A stretch of DNA of 64,000 nucleotides from Candidatus Margulisiibacteriota bacterium (lineage in GTDB: Bacteria > Margulisbacteria > WOR-1 > O2-12-FULL-45-9). The stretch covers positions 3,811-67,810 of the forward strand of contig JBAZZP010000003.1 in the NCBI GenBank assembly GCA_041658745.1, read 5' to 3'. Both the position numbers and the translations under genes were made by a program. This document shows, piece by piece, positions 25,903-35,000 of the stretch (positions within the stretch are counted from its first letter, which is position 1; each line of letters opens with the position of its first letter). Under the pieces are notes generated by a model. The model had not been told where the DNA came from and did no database searches. It worked only from the letters and a program-made list of their open reading frames with translations.

Positions 25903-26535
25903 TTAAAAAGAAGCTTGAGGTGTCAGCGGGAAGTTATTGACACTAAATTCACCTTTTATGTTGTGATAGTAAGTATTTTTTCCGGTAAAGTCTCCAGCCA
26001 TGGTCAATTTATTTTTAACAATGGAAAGCTTCTTAACGTTAATAGTAAACTCTTCTCCCGCAAAAGTATCCAGATAGTTTCTCTCATTTACATATGTTCC
26101 TTTTTCAAGCAGCAATCCAACTATAGGGAATGAGGGGCTGTTGCGATAGTCGTTTCTGGTAAATACTAGGGGGAGAGGTTTATGGGCAACAGAATATGTG
26201 ACAGTTTTTCCTTTAGTCGTCGCAACCGTATTAATCTTATCAATGTTTAGCAAAGTTATAGTGAGAGCGTGCCTTCTTTCTTTATCGTTAAATATTAAGC
26301 CTAACCCGAAAGTATCGTTAGTATAAACAAATGCTTTTAAAAGTTTGAGTGAATATTTTTTGTCTTCAATTTTGGAACCGGCAGGCCATTCTATAAATGA
26401 AGGCGGCGGAGTAACCCCTTCAATTTTTGTTAGCTCAAATTGTGCCGAATTTATCAACACTGCACCAAAAGCCGGGGGAAAAGCAGCTCCATACAGTACA
26501 ATTAACAAAAGAATAAGTTTAAATTGTCTCTTCAT
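25903..26535 (-). CDS. Hypothetical secreted protein
   Basis: Start taken at 'MKRQFKLILLLIVLYGAAFPPAFG' (signal peptide). Co-directional with the DUF4116 gene. No recognisable domain. Confidence 0.5.
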   Translation of the reverse strand: MKRQFKLILLLIVLYGAAFPPAFGAVLINSAQFELTKIEGVTPPPSFIEWPAGSKIEDKKYSLKLLKAFVYTNDTFGLGLIFNDKERRHALTITLLNIDKINTVATTKGKTVTYSVAHKPLPLVFTRNDYRNSPSFPIVGLLLEKGTYVNERNYLDTFAGEEFTINVKKLSIVKNKLTMAGDFTGKNTYYHNIKGEFSVNNFPLTPQASF

Positions 26536-26650
26536 TCGCCCCCCCCTTATTCGCATTTTCACATATTATTCCATCTTTTACCGGTTTGAATAGTATATCT
26601 CATACGTTAATTAAATAAAACAATAATTGGTTTTTTTACTCCCCTATCTG

Positions 26651-26659
26651 TGCTAAAAT
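26651..26659 (+). promoter_or_regulatory. Extended -10 box TGCTAAAAT, 8 nt upstream of the nucleotidyltransferase-fusion ATG
   Basis: TGCTAAAAT-TAGGCACG-ATG read on the plus strand. Confidence 0.45.
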
Positions 26660-26667
26660 TAGGCACG

Positions 26668-29145
26668 ATGAAAGCCGTAGTATTGGCCGGAGGTTTAGGA
26701 ACTAGACTGCACCCGTTAACCGTCAACCTTCCCAAGCCCATGGTGCCGGTTGCCAACCGACCGCTCATGGAATACGTTATCGAACATTTAAAGAATCACG
26801 GTTTTGATGAAATCATTGTCCTGCTCTATTACCAGCCCGAAATTATCAAAAAGCATTTTGGCGACGGCAAAAAGTTTGGGGTTAAAATGTCTTACGTTTC
26901 TGCCCCCAAGGATTATGGAACAGCCGGAGCAGTTAAATTTGCGGCTAAAAATCTAACCGAGCCATTTTTGGTAGTTAGCGCGGATTTGATTTGTGATTTT
27001 GAACTTAAAAAAGTCGTCCAATTTCATAAAGACAAAAAGTCAATTGCCACAATGGTCCTAACACGAGTAGCTAATCCTCTCCCCTATGGCATAGTTATTT
27101 TAAACAAAGACAATAAAATTAAACATTTTCTCGAAAAACCCTCCTGGAGCGAGGTCTTTTCGGACACCATAAATTGCGGAATATACCTCCTCGAACCCAA
27201 AGCGCTGGATTATATTCCCCCTGAGAAGAATTTTGATTTCAGCCATGATTTGTTCCCTGCCCTGCTAAAAGAAAAACAGCCCTTATACGGGTTTGTCGCA
27301 ACAGGAACCTGGAAAGATATTGGCAGTTTACTAGAATATGGCAAGTGCCAAAAAGAATTAATCGACAAAGAAAAAAGCAAAATTGGAGAAGGCACCAAAA
27401 TCGCCAAGAGCGTAAAGAGTGAAGGTTCGATAGTAATTGGTGAAAAAACTTTTATTGCAGATGATGTTCAACTAACGGACTGCTCAATTGGCAAAAATTG
27501 CCAAATCGGCCGTGGCACAATTTTAAAAGAAGCTATCCTGTGGGATAACGTTATTGTTGGCCCTGAAGTAAAAGTTGAACGTGGCACCATCGCCTCCAAC
27601 ACTACCCTTGGCGATCGGACAATTGTCGAAGAAGGCGTTGTGATCGGCGAAGGCTGCACCATTGGCAAAGACGCCTTAATTAAAGCTTTTGTAAAAATTT
27701 GGCCCAATCGGATCGTAGAAGAAGGCGCCATAGTTTCTCGCTCTATGGTCTGGAGAGAACGTTGGACAAAAGGAATCTTTGGTCCGTACGGAGTTACCGG
27801 CCGTTGTAATATTGAAATCACTCCCGAGTTTGCCGCAGCACTGGGAGCAGCTTATGGCACCATTCTGGGCAAGGGAGCCGATGTAGTAGCTAGCCGCGAT
27901 AGTCACAAATCCTCTCGTATGATTTTTAGAGCCCTGATTTCCGGCTTACTTTCCAGCGGAGTTAACATTTCAAACCTGGAAGAGGTTCCCATTCCCATCA
28001 ACCGCTTCGAAATCCGTTCCCTAAAAAGTAAAGGCGGAATCCATGTTCGAAAATCACCTTATGACCCCGATATCATTGATATAAAACTCCTCGATGAAGA
28101 TGGCACGGATCTACGTCCATCCCGCGAAAAGAAAATAGAACGGCTTTTCTTTGGTGAAGACTTTCGGCGTGCTGGGATAGAAGAAGTGGGAGAGCTCACC
28201 TTCCCTTACCATCGCGTTGCCGAAACCTACAAAGCCGGTATTTTGGCCATTGCCAAAGCAGAAGTTATTCGTGCTGCTAATTTTAAAGTGGTTATCGACT
28301 ACTCTTATAGTTCAGCTTCCAAAATCTTTTCCTCAATTTTAGGGGAACTTGGAATTGAAGTAGTTTCCCTAAACGCCTATATTGATGAAACCAAAATCAC
28401 TAAAACCCGCAGTATGTTTGAGCGCGAACTCAGCCAACTCTCCGAAATTGTCAAATCACTAAAAGCAGATTTGGGCATCATGCTCGATACCGGTGCTGAA
28501 AAAATCTTTTTATGCGATGAAAAGGGACACATTTTGCTGGGAGACCTAGAACTAGGAGTAATTACCCTCCTCAATTTGAAAAGCCAGAAAGGAACAATTG
28601 CTGTTCCCGTTAAAGCTTCTCGGGTTATTAGCCAACTCGCCAAACAATACGGCAGCAGAGTAACTTTTACTAAAAATAGTTTTCAAGCTATGATGGATGC
28701 TGCCTCCAAGCCACCGGTTAGCTTCCTCGGAGAACCTTTGGGAGGCTTTATTTTTCCCGAATTCCAGCCAACCTTTGACGCCATGTTTGCTACGGTTAAA
28801 ATCATTGAACTGCTGGCTGAAAGTAAAATTAAATTAAGCCAGTTAGTCGATGAGATTCCTAAAATTCACATGGCCAGCAAAGAAATTTCTTGTGCCGCCG
28901 AACAAAAAGGCAAGATTTTGCGCAGTATTGTAGATAGCGTAAAGGACGAAGAAGTTGATTTAACTGACGGGGTAAAAGTATTCCATGGTGAAGGGAAGGC
29001 CACCGAAGCAGATTGGGTCCTTATCTTGCCCGATCCTGCCCGTCCCGTCATTCATCTTTACGCCGAAGCCGGCTCAGACAAAGATGCCAACAAATTAATC
29101 AGAGATTATGTCGAAAAAATCGATTCATTTGTCGATAGGAGATAA
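26668..29145 (+). CDS. Fusion protein: sugar-1-phosphate nucleotidyltransferase + left-handed beta-helix + phosphoglucomutase/phosphomannomutase
   Basis: 'MKAVVLAGGLGTRLHPLT...PKPMVPV' NTP-transferase motif, hexapeptide repeats (aa ~250-360) and a C-terminal PGM/PMM-like half. The stop lies 1 nt before the glgA ATG. Confidence 0.85.
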   Translation: MKAVVLAGGLGTRLHPLTVNLPKPMVPVANRPLMEYVIEHLKNHGFDEIIVLLYYQPEIIKKHFGDGKKFGVKMSYVSAPKDYGTAGAVKFAAKNLTEPFLVVSADLICDFELKKVVQFHKDKKSIATMVLTRVANPLPYGIVILNKDNKIKHFLEKPSWSEVFSDTINCGIYLLEPKALDYIPPEKNFDFSHDLFPALLKEKQPLYGFVATGTWKDIGSLLEYGKCQKELIDKEKSKIGEGTKIAKSVKSEGSIVIGEKTFIADDVQLTDCSIGKNCQIGRGTILKEAILWDNVIVGPEVKVERGTIASNTTLGDRTIVEEGVVIGEGCTIGKDALIKAFVKIWPNRIVEEGAIVSRSMVWRERWTKGIFGPYGVTGRCNIEITPEFAAALGAAYGTILGKGADVVASRDSHKSSRMIFRALISGLLSSGVNISNLEEVPIPINRFEIRSLKSKGGIHVRKSPYDPDIIDIKLLDEDGTDLRPSREKKIERLFFGEDFRRAGIEEVGELTFPYHRVAETYKAGILAIAKAEVIRAANFKVVIDYSYSSASKIFSSILGELGIEVVSLNAYIDETKITKTRSMFERELSQLSEIVKSLKADLGIMLDTGAEKIFLCDEKGHILLGDLELGVITLLNLKSQKGTIAVPVKASRVISQLAKQYGSRVTFTKNSFQAMMDAASKPPVSFLGEPLGGFIFPEFQPTFDAMFATVKIIELLAESKIKLSQLVDEIPKIHMASKEISCAAEQKGKILRSIVDSVKDEEVDLTDGVKVFHGEGKATEADWVLILPDPARPVIHLYAEAGSDKDANKLIRDYVEKIDSFVDRR

Positions 29146-29146
29146 C

Positions 29147-30565
29147 ATGAAAATCCTTTATGTCTCTTCCGAGGTTGTCCCGTTTGCCAAAACTGGTGGA
29201 TTAGCTGACGTCGCCGGCTCACTTCCCAAAGCTCTGGCAGAACTTGGCCATGACGTCCGGATATTTATGCCCCGTTACAAAATGATTGATCCAAACAAAT
29301 GGAATTTAACCAAAATAAACGATGAGGTGTGGGGAGGAACGCTTCCTGGTTCAAAAGTAAAAGTCTATTTTTATGAAAATGAAGCTTATTTTGGCAGCCG
29401 TGATGGCCTTTACCAAAAAAGCGGCGGGATTGATTATGAAGATAACCTCCAACGCTTCAGCTCTTTTTGCCAAGCAATTCCTAAATTTTTAAAAAGCATC
29501 AATTGGCAGCCAGAGACAGTGCATTGCAACGATTGGCAATCGGCTTTGTTGATAACTTATTTAAAAGTTACCTATGCTAATGATCCCTTTTTTAAAAATA
29601 CTGCGACAGTCTACTCAATTCACAACATGGCCTATCTGGGATTATTTAATAAAGAACTATTACCCCTAACCGGACTGGGCTGGGACCAATTCACCTCAAA
29701 TACGCTCGAATTCTGGGACAATCTTGCACTAGCCAAAGCCGGCCTAGTTTATGCCGATATTATCAACACTGTTTCTGAAACCTATGCCAAAGAAATTCAA
29801 ACCGCCGAATTTGGTTGTGGGCTAGATGGTTTGTTGCGCGCACGCAGCAAAGATGTTTACGGCATCATCAACGGATTGGATTATGAGGTTTGGAACCCGG
29901 CAACTGATAAAATTATTCCGCGCCGCTTCAGCGCCGCTACCTTGGATCTAAAAATGTTCAACAAGCTGGAACTGCAAAAAAAGAACGGCCTCCCGCAGAA
30001 AAAAGAAACTCCGGTAATTGGCATTACCACACGCCTAGCTGACCAAAAAGGTTTTGATATTTTATCTGAAGCTTTTGAGGCCATTATGGGACTACAATGC
30101 CAAATAATTATCCTTGGAACCGGCGACCAAAAATACCATGATCTGCTAAAAAAAGAAAAGAAACTTTATCCCAATCAATTGGGGCTTAATTTAGGATTTG
30201 ATGCTGCTCTGGCAGAACTAATTTATGCTGGAGCCGACATGTTCTTAATGCCTTCGCACTATGAGCCTTGTGGACTTGGACAATTAATTAGTTTTAAATA
30301 TGGGACAATTCCAATTGTCAGAAAGACTGGCGGTTTGGCAGATACCGTCCAAAACTTTACTTCTAAAACTGGGGATGGGACGGGTTTTGTTTTTGAAGAA
30401 TATAGCGCCAAAGCATTAATTGTGGCTATCCGTCATGCCTGCGAAACCTTTCACAAAAAGGCGGTTTGGAAAAAACTGCAAGAAAAAGTAATGCAACTCG
30501 ATTATTCATGGGAAGTATCAGCTAGTAAGTACGTTGAATTGTATAAAAAAGCCCATGCCGATTGA
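29147..30565 (+). CDS. glgA: Glycogen/starch synthase (GT5)
   Basis: 'MKILYVSSEVVPFAKTGGLADV' KTGGL motif, 'HCNDWQSAL' and 'PSHYEPCGLGQL' motifs. Confidence 0.93.
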   Translation: MKILYVSSEVVPFAKTGGLADVAGSLPKALAELGHDVRIFMPRYKMIDPNKWNLTKINDEVWGGTLPGSKVKVYFYENEAYFGSRDGLYQKSGGIDYEDNLQRFSSFCQAIPKFLKSINWQPETVHCNDWQSALLITYLKVTYANDPFFKNTATVYSIHNMAYLGLFNKELLPLTGLGWDQFTSNTLEFWDNLALAKAGLVYADIINTVSETYAKEIQTAEFGCGLDGLLRARSKDVYGIINGLDYEVWNPATDKIIPRRFSAATLDLKMFNKLELQKKNGLPQKKETPVIGITTRLADQKGFDILSEAFEAIMGLQCQIIILGTGDQKYHDLLKKEKKLYPNQLGLNLGFDAALAELIYAGADMFLMPSHYEPCGLGQLISFKYGTIPIVRKTGGLADTVQNFTSKTGDGTGFVFEEYSAKALIVAIRHACETFHKKAVWKKLQEKVMQLDYSWEVSASKYVELYKKAHAD

Positions 30566-30572
30566 CTCTCCT

Positions 30573-30603
30573 GGCTATGCATAGTATACTATACATAGCC
30601 TTT
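30573..30603 (+). terminator. 28-nt near-perfect palindrome + TTT after glgA (putative terminator or operator)
   Basis: ggctatgcatagtatactatacatagcc has one mismatched pair and is followed by ttt. It starts 8 nt after the glgA stop. Confidence 0.4.
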
Positions 30604-30626
30604 AACGCTCAAAAATACCTATAAAT

Positions 30627-32084
30627 ATGATAAAAAACGAGGATAGGATCAATCCGACCCAACTAAATAATGCGTTAAACACATACAATCCGTGGTGGGA
30701 ACAAACCACTTATGCTTGGGATAACCCAGCGTTTTTGCGGGAATATTTTGATCTTGGCGTTAAGCACCTCACGGAAAAGCATAGCTTGGCCTTGCTTATC
30801 AATGGCCCGCGACGCATTGGGAAAACCACCCTCATGCGGCAGTTAATGGAACATCTGGCAAAGGCAAAGAATGTCCCGCCAAAATCAATTTTCTTCTTTT
30901 CCCTCGATGACCCATTTATTCAGCAACTGCCGGCCAGTGAGCAGGGAAGCGGCTTCGAAAAATTAATGGCGGGATGGGAAAGCACTTTGAGGAACCGTTT
31001 GGCAGAAGCAAAAGAGCCCTTGTACTGTTTCTTGGATGAGGTTCAGCGGCTGCCAAGATGGGAACTATATATAAAACGCTATGTTGATTTGCACTATCCG
31101 GTTCGATTTATTATATCCGGTTCTGCTTCGCACACCATTTTTCGAAAATCTTTGGAAAGTTTGCTGGGAAGGGTTATCGAGATTTCTATGCCACCATTTT
31201 CCTTCCGTGAATGGGTCAGATTCCACCACCCCACATTTGCTGAACTGATAAATAGCCAAGCCCAAAAAAGGATTGATATTAAAGATCGATCAAGTCTAAA
31301 ACAATCGATCGAACAGATAATAAATGATTTACCGGCAGATGGCATATCGTTAATAAATCACTACGCAAATGAATATTCACAAGCAGGTGGTTTTCCACAA
31401 CTTTGGGAACAGGAAAACGTGGAACGCTCCCAATTTGTTGATTTACAATACATCCAACGGGTAACACTAGAAGATCTTCGCTTGATAAAAGAAATCCGCC
31501 GCCCGGAAATTTTCCACCAATTCCTCCGCTATGCCTTCGCTCGTACCGGGGAAGAGTATAATTTGGAAGAATTAGCCGGTAAAATCAAGACCACCAGAGT
31601 AACCCTTTCCGGCGCTTTACCCTTGTTATTTCAAACCGAACTTATCAGTAAAGTAGAAAGGTTCACCGGCAAACCAGTCCGCTTGCGCTCGACCCATGCC
31701 AAACTCTACGCCGCCGATACCATGCTTTACGAGGCCATTACAAAACTCCCTGCCGACCTAAATGGCCCTGAAAAAGGACGCCTGGCAGAAACACTGGTAT
31801 TTAATGTTTTACGCCGTTTTGCTGGAATAACCGATATTTCATATTTTCGTTCACAGGATGGATTAAAGGAAATCGACTTTATCGTTCGTATTGGCCGCGC
31901 GCTTGTTCCTATTGAAGTAAAGCTAAGGGCCGAAATAAACTCAAAAGACACTAGCGCTATCAATTCTTTTCTTCAGGAACATTCAGCTGAAAGCTATTTT
32001 GGCATTTTAATTACTGAAAACAACTTAGAACTATCTGGCGAAATATTACAAGTACCTTTGGGGATATTTCTTTTATTGAATTAA
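30627..32084 (+). CDS. AAA-family ATPase with DUF4143-type C-terminal domain
   Basis: 'LINGPRRIGKTTLMRQL' Walker A and 'CFLDEVQRLP' Walker B. The C-terminal restriction-endonuclease-like 'EIDFIV' segment is typical of AAA_14/DUF4143 proteins. Confidence 0.8.
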   Translation: MIKNEDRINPTQLNNALNTYNPWWEQTTYAWDNPAFLREYFDLGVKHLTEKHSLALLINGPRRIGKTTLMRQLMEHLAKAKNVPPKSIFFFSLDDPFIQQLPASEQGSGFEKLMAGWESTLRNRLAEAKEPLYCFLDEVQRLPRWELYIKRYVDLHYPVRFIISGSASHTIFRKSLESLLGRVIEISMPPFSFREWVRFHHPTFAELINSQAQKRIDIKDRSSLKQSIEQIINDLPADGISLINHYANEYSQAGGFPQLWEQENVERSQFVDLQYIQRVTLEDLRLIKEIRRPEIFHQFLRYAFARTGEEYNLEELAGKIKTTRVTLSGALPLLFQTELISKVERFTGKPVRLRSTHAKLYAADTMLYEAITKLPADLNGPEKGRLAETLVFNVLRRFAGITDISYFRSQDGLKEIDFIVRIGRALVPIEVKLRAEINSKDTSAINSFLQEHSAESYFGILITENNLELSGEILQVPLGIFLLLN

Positions 32085-32085
32085 T

Positions 32086-35000
32086 ATGAAAAAAGCTATT
32101 GCGCTTGCCATTCTTGGGAGTACGATCATTCTTACCTGTGGCTTTTCGCTCACTGGCTGGAAAGACGCGCTTTTTGACCAGATCAAGGCCGAGACTATAA
32201 AGGGTCTCGAAAGCAATTTTAAACATAAAGTTACCATTGGTCGGGCCGAAGGCCCGCTACTGGGAAAAATTGTCTTTTATGATGTAGTTTTTGCCGATTT
32301 TGTCCGAGCGGAAAAAGTTACAGTAAGCTACAACTTAGCCGAGTTTGCTCTAAAACGAGATATCGTCCCCACCATTTCCAAAATCAGCATCGAAAAGGCC
32401 ACTTTTAAAGTTGAACACAATAAAGCGGACAAATGGAACGTTTTGTCATTGCTTCCTCCCGCCGATCCCAAAGCTCCCCCTCCCCCAATTTTCAAGGCCG
32501 AGCTCCTTTTGTCCAATTGCACAGTTAATTATTCAGACCAACTAGGGTTTAGAAAAGAAAAATCCAATTTTGCCGCTGCAGTCAATAATATTGCGGGATC
32601 GATTAGCTTTAAAAAGAAAGATCTTATTTCTATCCAATTAGCTGGGCAATCAAGCGGAGCTCCGGTAAAGGCAAACGGTTATTTTAACCAGAAAAGCGGG
32701 GACTACGAAATCAACCTTTCAACCGGCAAATTAAATGCAGTCCCCTGGGCAAATTATGCAGTCGTCATTCCAAATTTTGTAGTTGAGAAAGGAATAGCTG
32801 AGGCAAAACTTAGAGTTTCCCCCTCCGAGATTAAAGGGTCGCCTGTAAAGTTTTCAGGGGAATTTGCACTGCAAGGTGCTTCAGCAATTTATAGTAAAAA
32901 TAGAATTGACCAATTTTCAGGTTCAATTAAAATTGAAGGAGTTGGTTCTAGCCCAACTGTCACCTGTAGAATTACCGCCACCAACGCTCAATCCTTTAAT
33001 CAAAAACTTTCAGGAGATGTTATCCTTGCTTTTAGAGGGCCCCATTTAACTGCCGATGTTTTAAGTCTAAAAATATTCCGGGGAAATGTTTCCGGTAAAG
33101 CTGAAATTGATTTATCTAAGCCTGCCCCCATTTTAAAAGCTAATGCCAATTTAGCCGGAATAAACATAGCCGCACTGTCGCAAAATACGGCTGGGCTGGC
33201 TGGTTTAGCTACCGGCCAAGCCTCTATCTCCGGCCCTCTCAATCAGCTACAAGGGTCTCTCTCTACTAGTCTCAAAAATGCCTCTCTCATGGGACAACCC
33301 ATAGAGAAATTGGCAGCTACTTTTAGGATTACAAACGGTGACACCCAAATTGAAAAGTTTTTGGCCAGCTCAAAACTATCTTCATTTTCTTGCAATGGAA
33401 AGATTAGCAAAGACCTATATTTTGATCTGCAAACAAGAGCACAAGGCATCAAACTTTCCGGCCAGGGTTTGCTGGGAAAAATGGAAGCATTGGTCGATCT
33501 GTTTGAAGGAAATATGCAGTGGCAGCTGGACAATAAATTCCTAACTTCGCCCCTAAAAAACCTAATCGCTTCTGGCACCATAAAAATGGGACATGGCCAA
33601 ATTGGCGAGCAGCACTTTGAAAAAGCAGAAGGCAAAATTAATATCGGCTCTGGGGTAATCCAAATTGATAATGTTGTAATCCGCGAAAAAGAGTCATTAT
33701 TGACTGCGTCCGGACAAACCGGCATTGGGTCGCCCACCAATCTTAAGATTAGTGGCGAAAAAATTAATCTGGCTGATTTCAAAATCGTTAACCATTTTCT
33801 ACCCAAAGAAGCTCGTGATCCAAGCGGATTAATTAATTTTGCAATCTCAATCACAGGAGAACTATCCAAAGAAACCACTTTACTAACCTTTGATCCATTG
33901 CTTGGTCTAAATCTTTCTGGCGAAGCCAGTGTATCTAATGCAAAAATAGCCGATGCCCCAATAAACAGCGGGAAAATAAAAATTACTTGGCAAGAGTTTG
34001 GCTTAAACATTAGCGATTGCCAACTAGAGATGCCTAACAAAAACTTTCTCACAATCAATTTTCAGAAAAACAAAGAGAACAGAATTGCAGGAAAAGTTTA
34101 CGGAATATTTGAGGCCGCAAACCTCAACCGGTTTATTAAAAAATACGGCGTTTTGGGCGGGCAAGTAGGAGTCAATACGATTATTGGCGGAAGTATGGAT
34201 GACCCAGAAATTACTGCCAGTTTCTGGGTACAAAATTTTGGCTATAATGCGGTTTTTATCGATAATATTCAAGGCCAAATTGCCCTTTCCGACGGATTTA
34301 TTTTAATTAATTCCCCCATCGTCTTTACCCGCGGCAACGGACGTCTTGAGCTTTCCGGTTCAGTGGATCTGGAACCAATCAAAGCCAACAAACCCGAAGA
34401 AATAGGCCTAAACTTAACCCTATCCATCCCCCAAACCGATTTTTCATCAGTAATAACCATTGCCGAAGAGCTCCAAACATTCATCTCAAAAAGGTTTCAA
34501 CTCGGCAGCACTGATAAAAAACAAAAAATAAATACTGCTATTTTTTCTCTCCCCAATATTCGGCAATTTATTGCCAAAGACAAGCTAAACCTTTTTGGAT
34601 CAGAAAAAAGCTTCCTCAAGACCTGGGGAAAAAGCATTGCAGAAACACAAAAGAATGAAGCTACCCGTCTAAGCAATAACATTGGGGGAACCCTTTCGGG
34701 CAATTTTCATATCACCGGAACCGTAAATGACCTTTCCGGTAATTTTGTTGGAGAAGTTAAAAATGGATATATTAGAGACTTTATTTATGAAAGCCTAAAA
34801 GCTGAAGCCTCATTAGACAATCAAGTTTTAAATATAAAAAGGGCTGAACTCTCTAAAGCTGGGGGATCCGCTCTTGCTACCGGCAAAATTGATTTTAAAG
34901 GTCCTCTCGACGTTGATATTTCTGCCAAAAACATGCCGCTGGATGTTGCCAAAATTGCTTTCAATAAAGACTTTCAAGGCACTTTTAACCTTGGGGCATC

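Noticed and set aside
33243-34058. 271-aa minus-strand ORF inside tamB (and several other 60-90-aa ORFs in 32.3-35.6 kb)
   Set aside because: They are antisense to a continuous 4.7-kb ORF with a family-typical C-terminus. I treat them as shadow ORFs.
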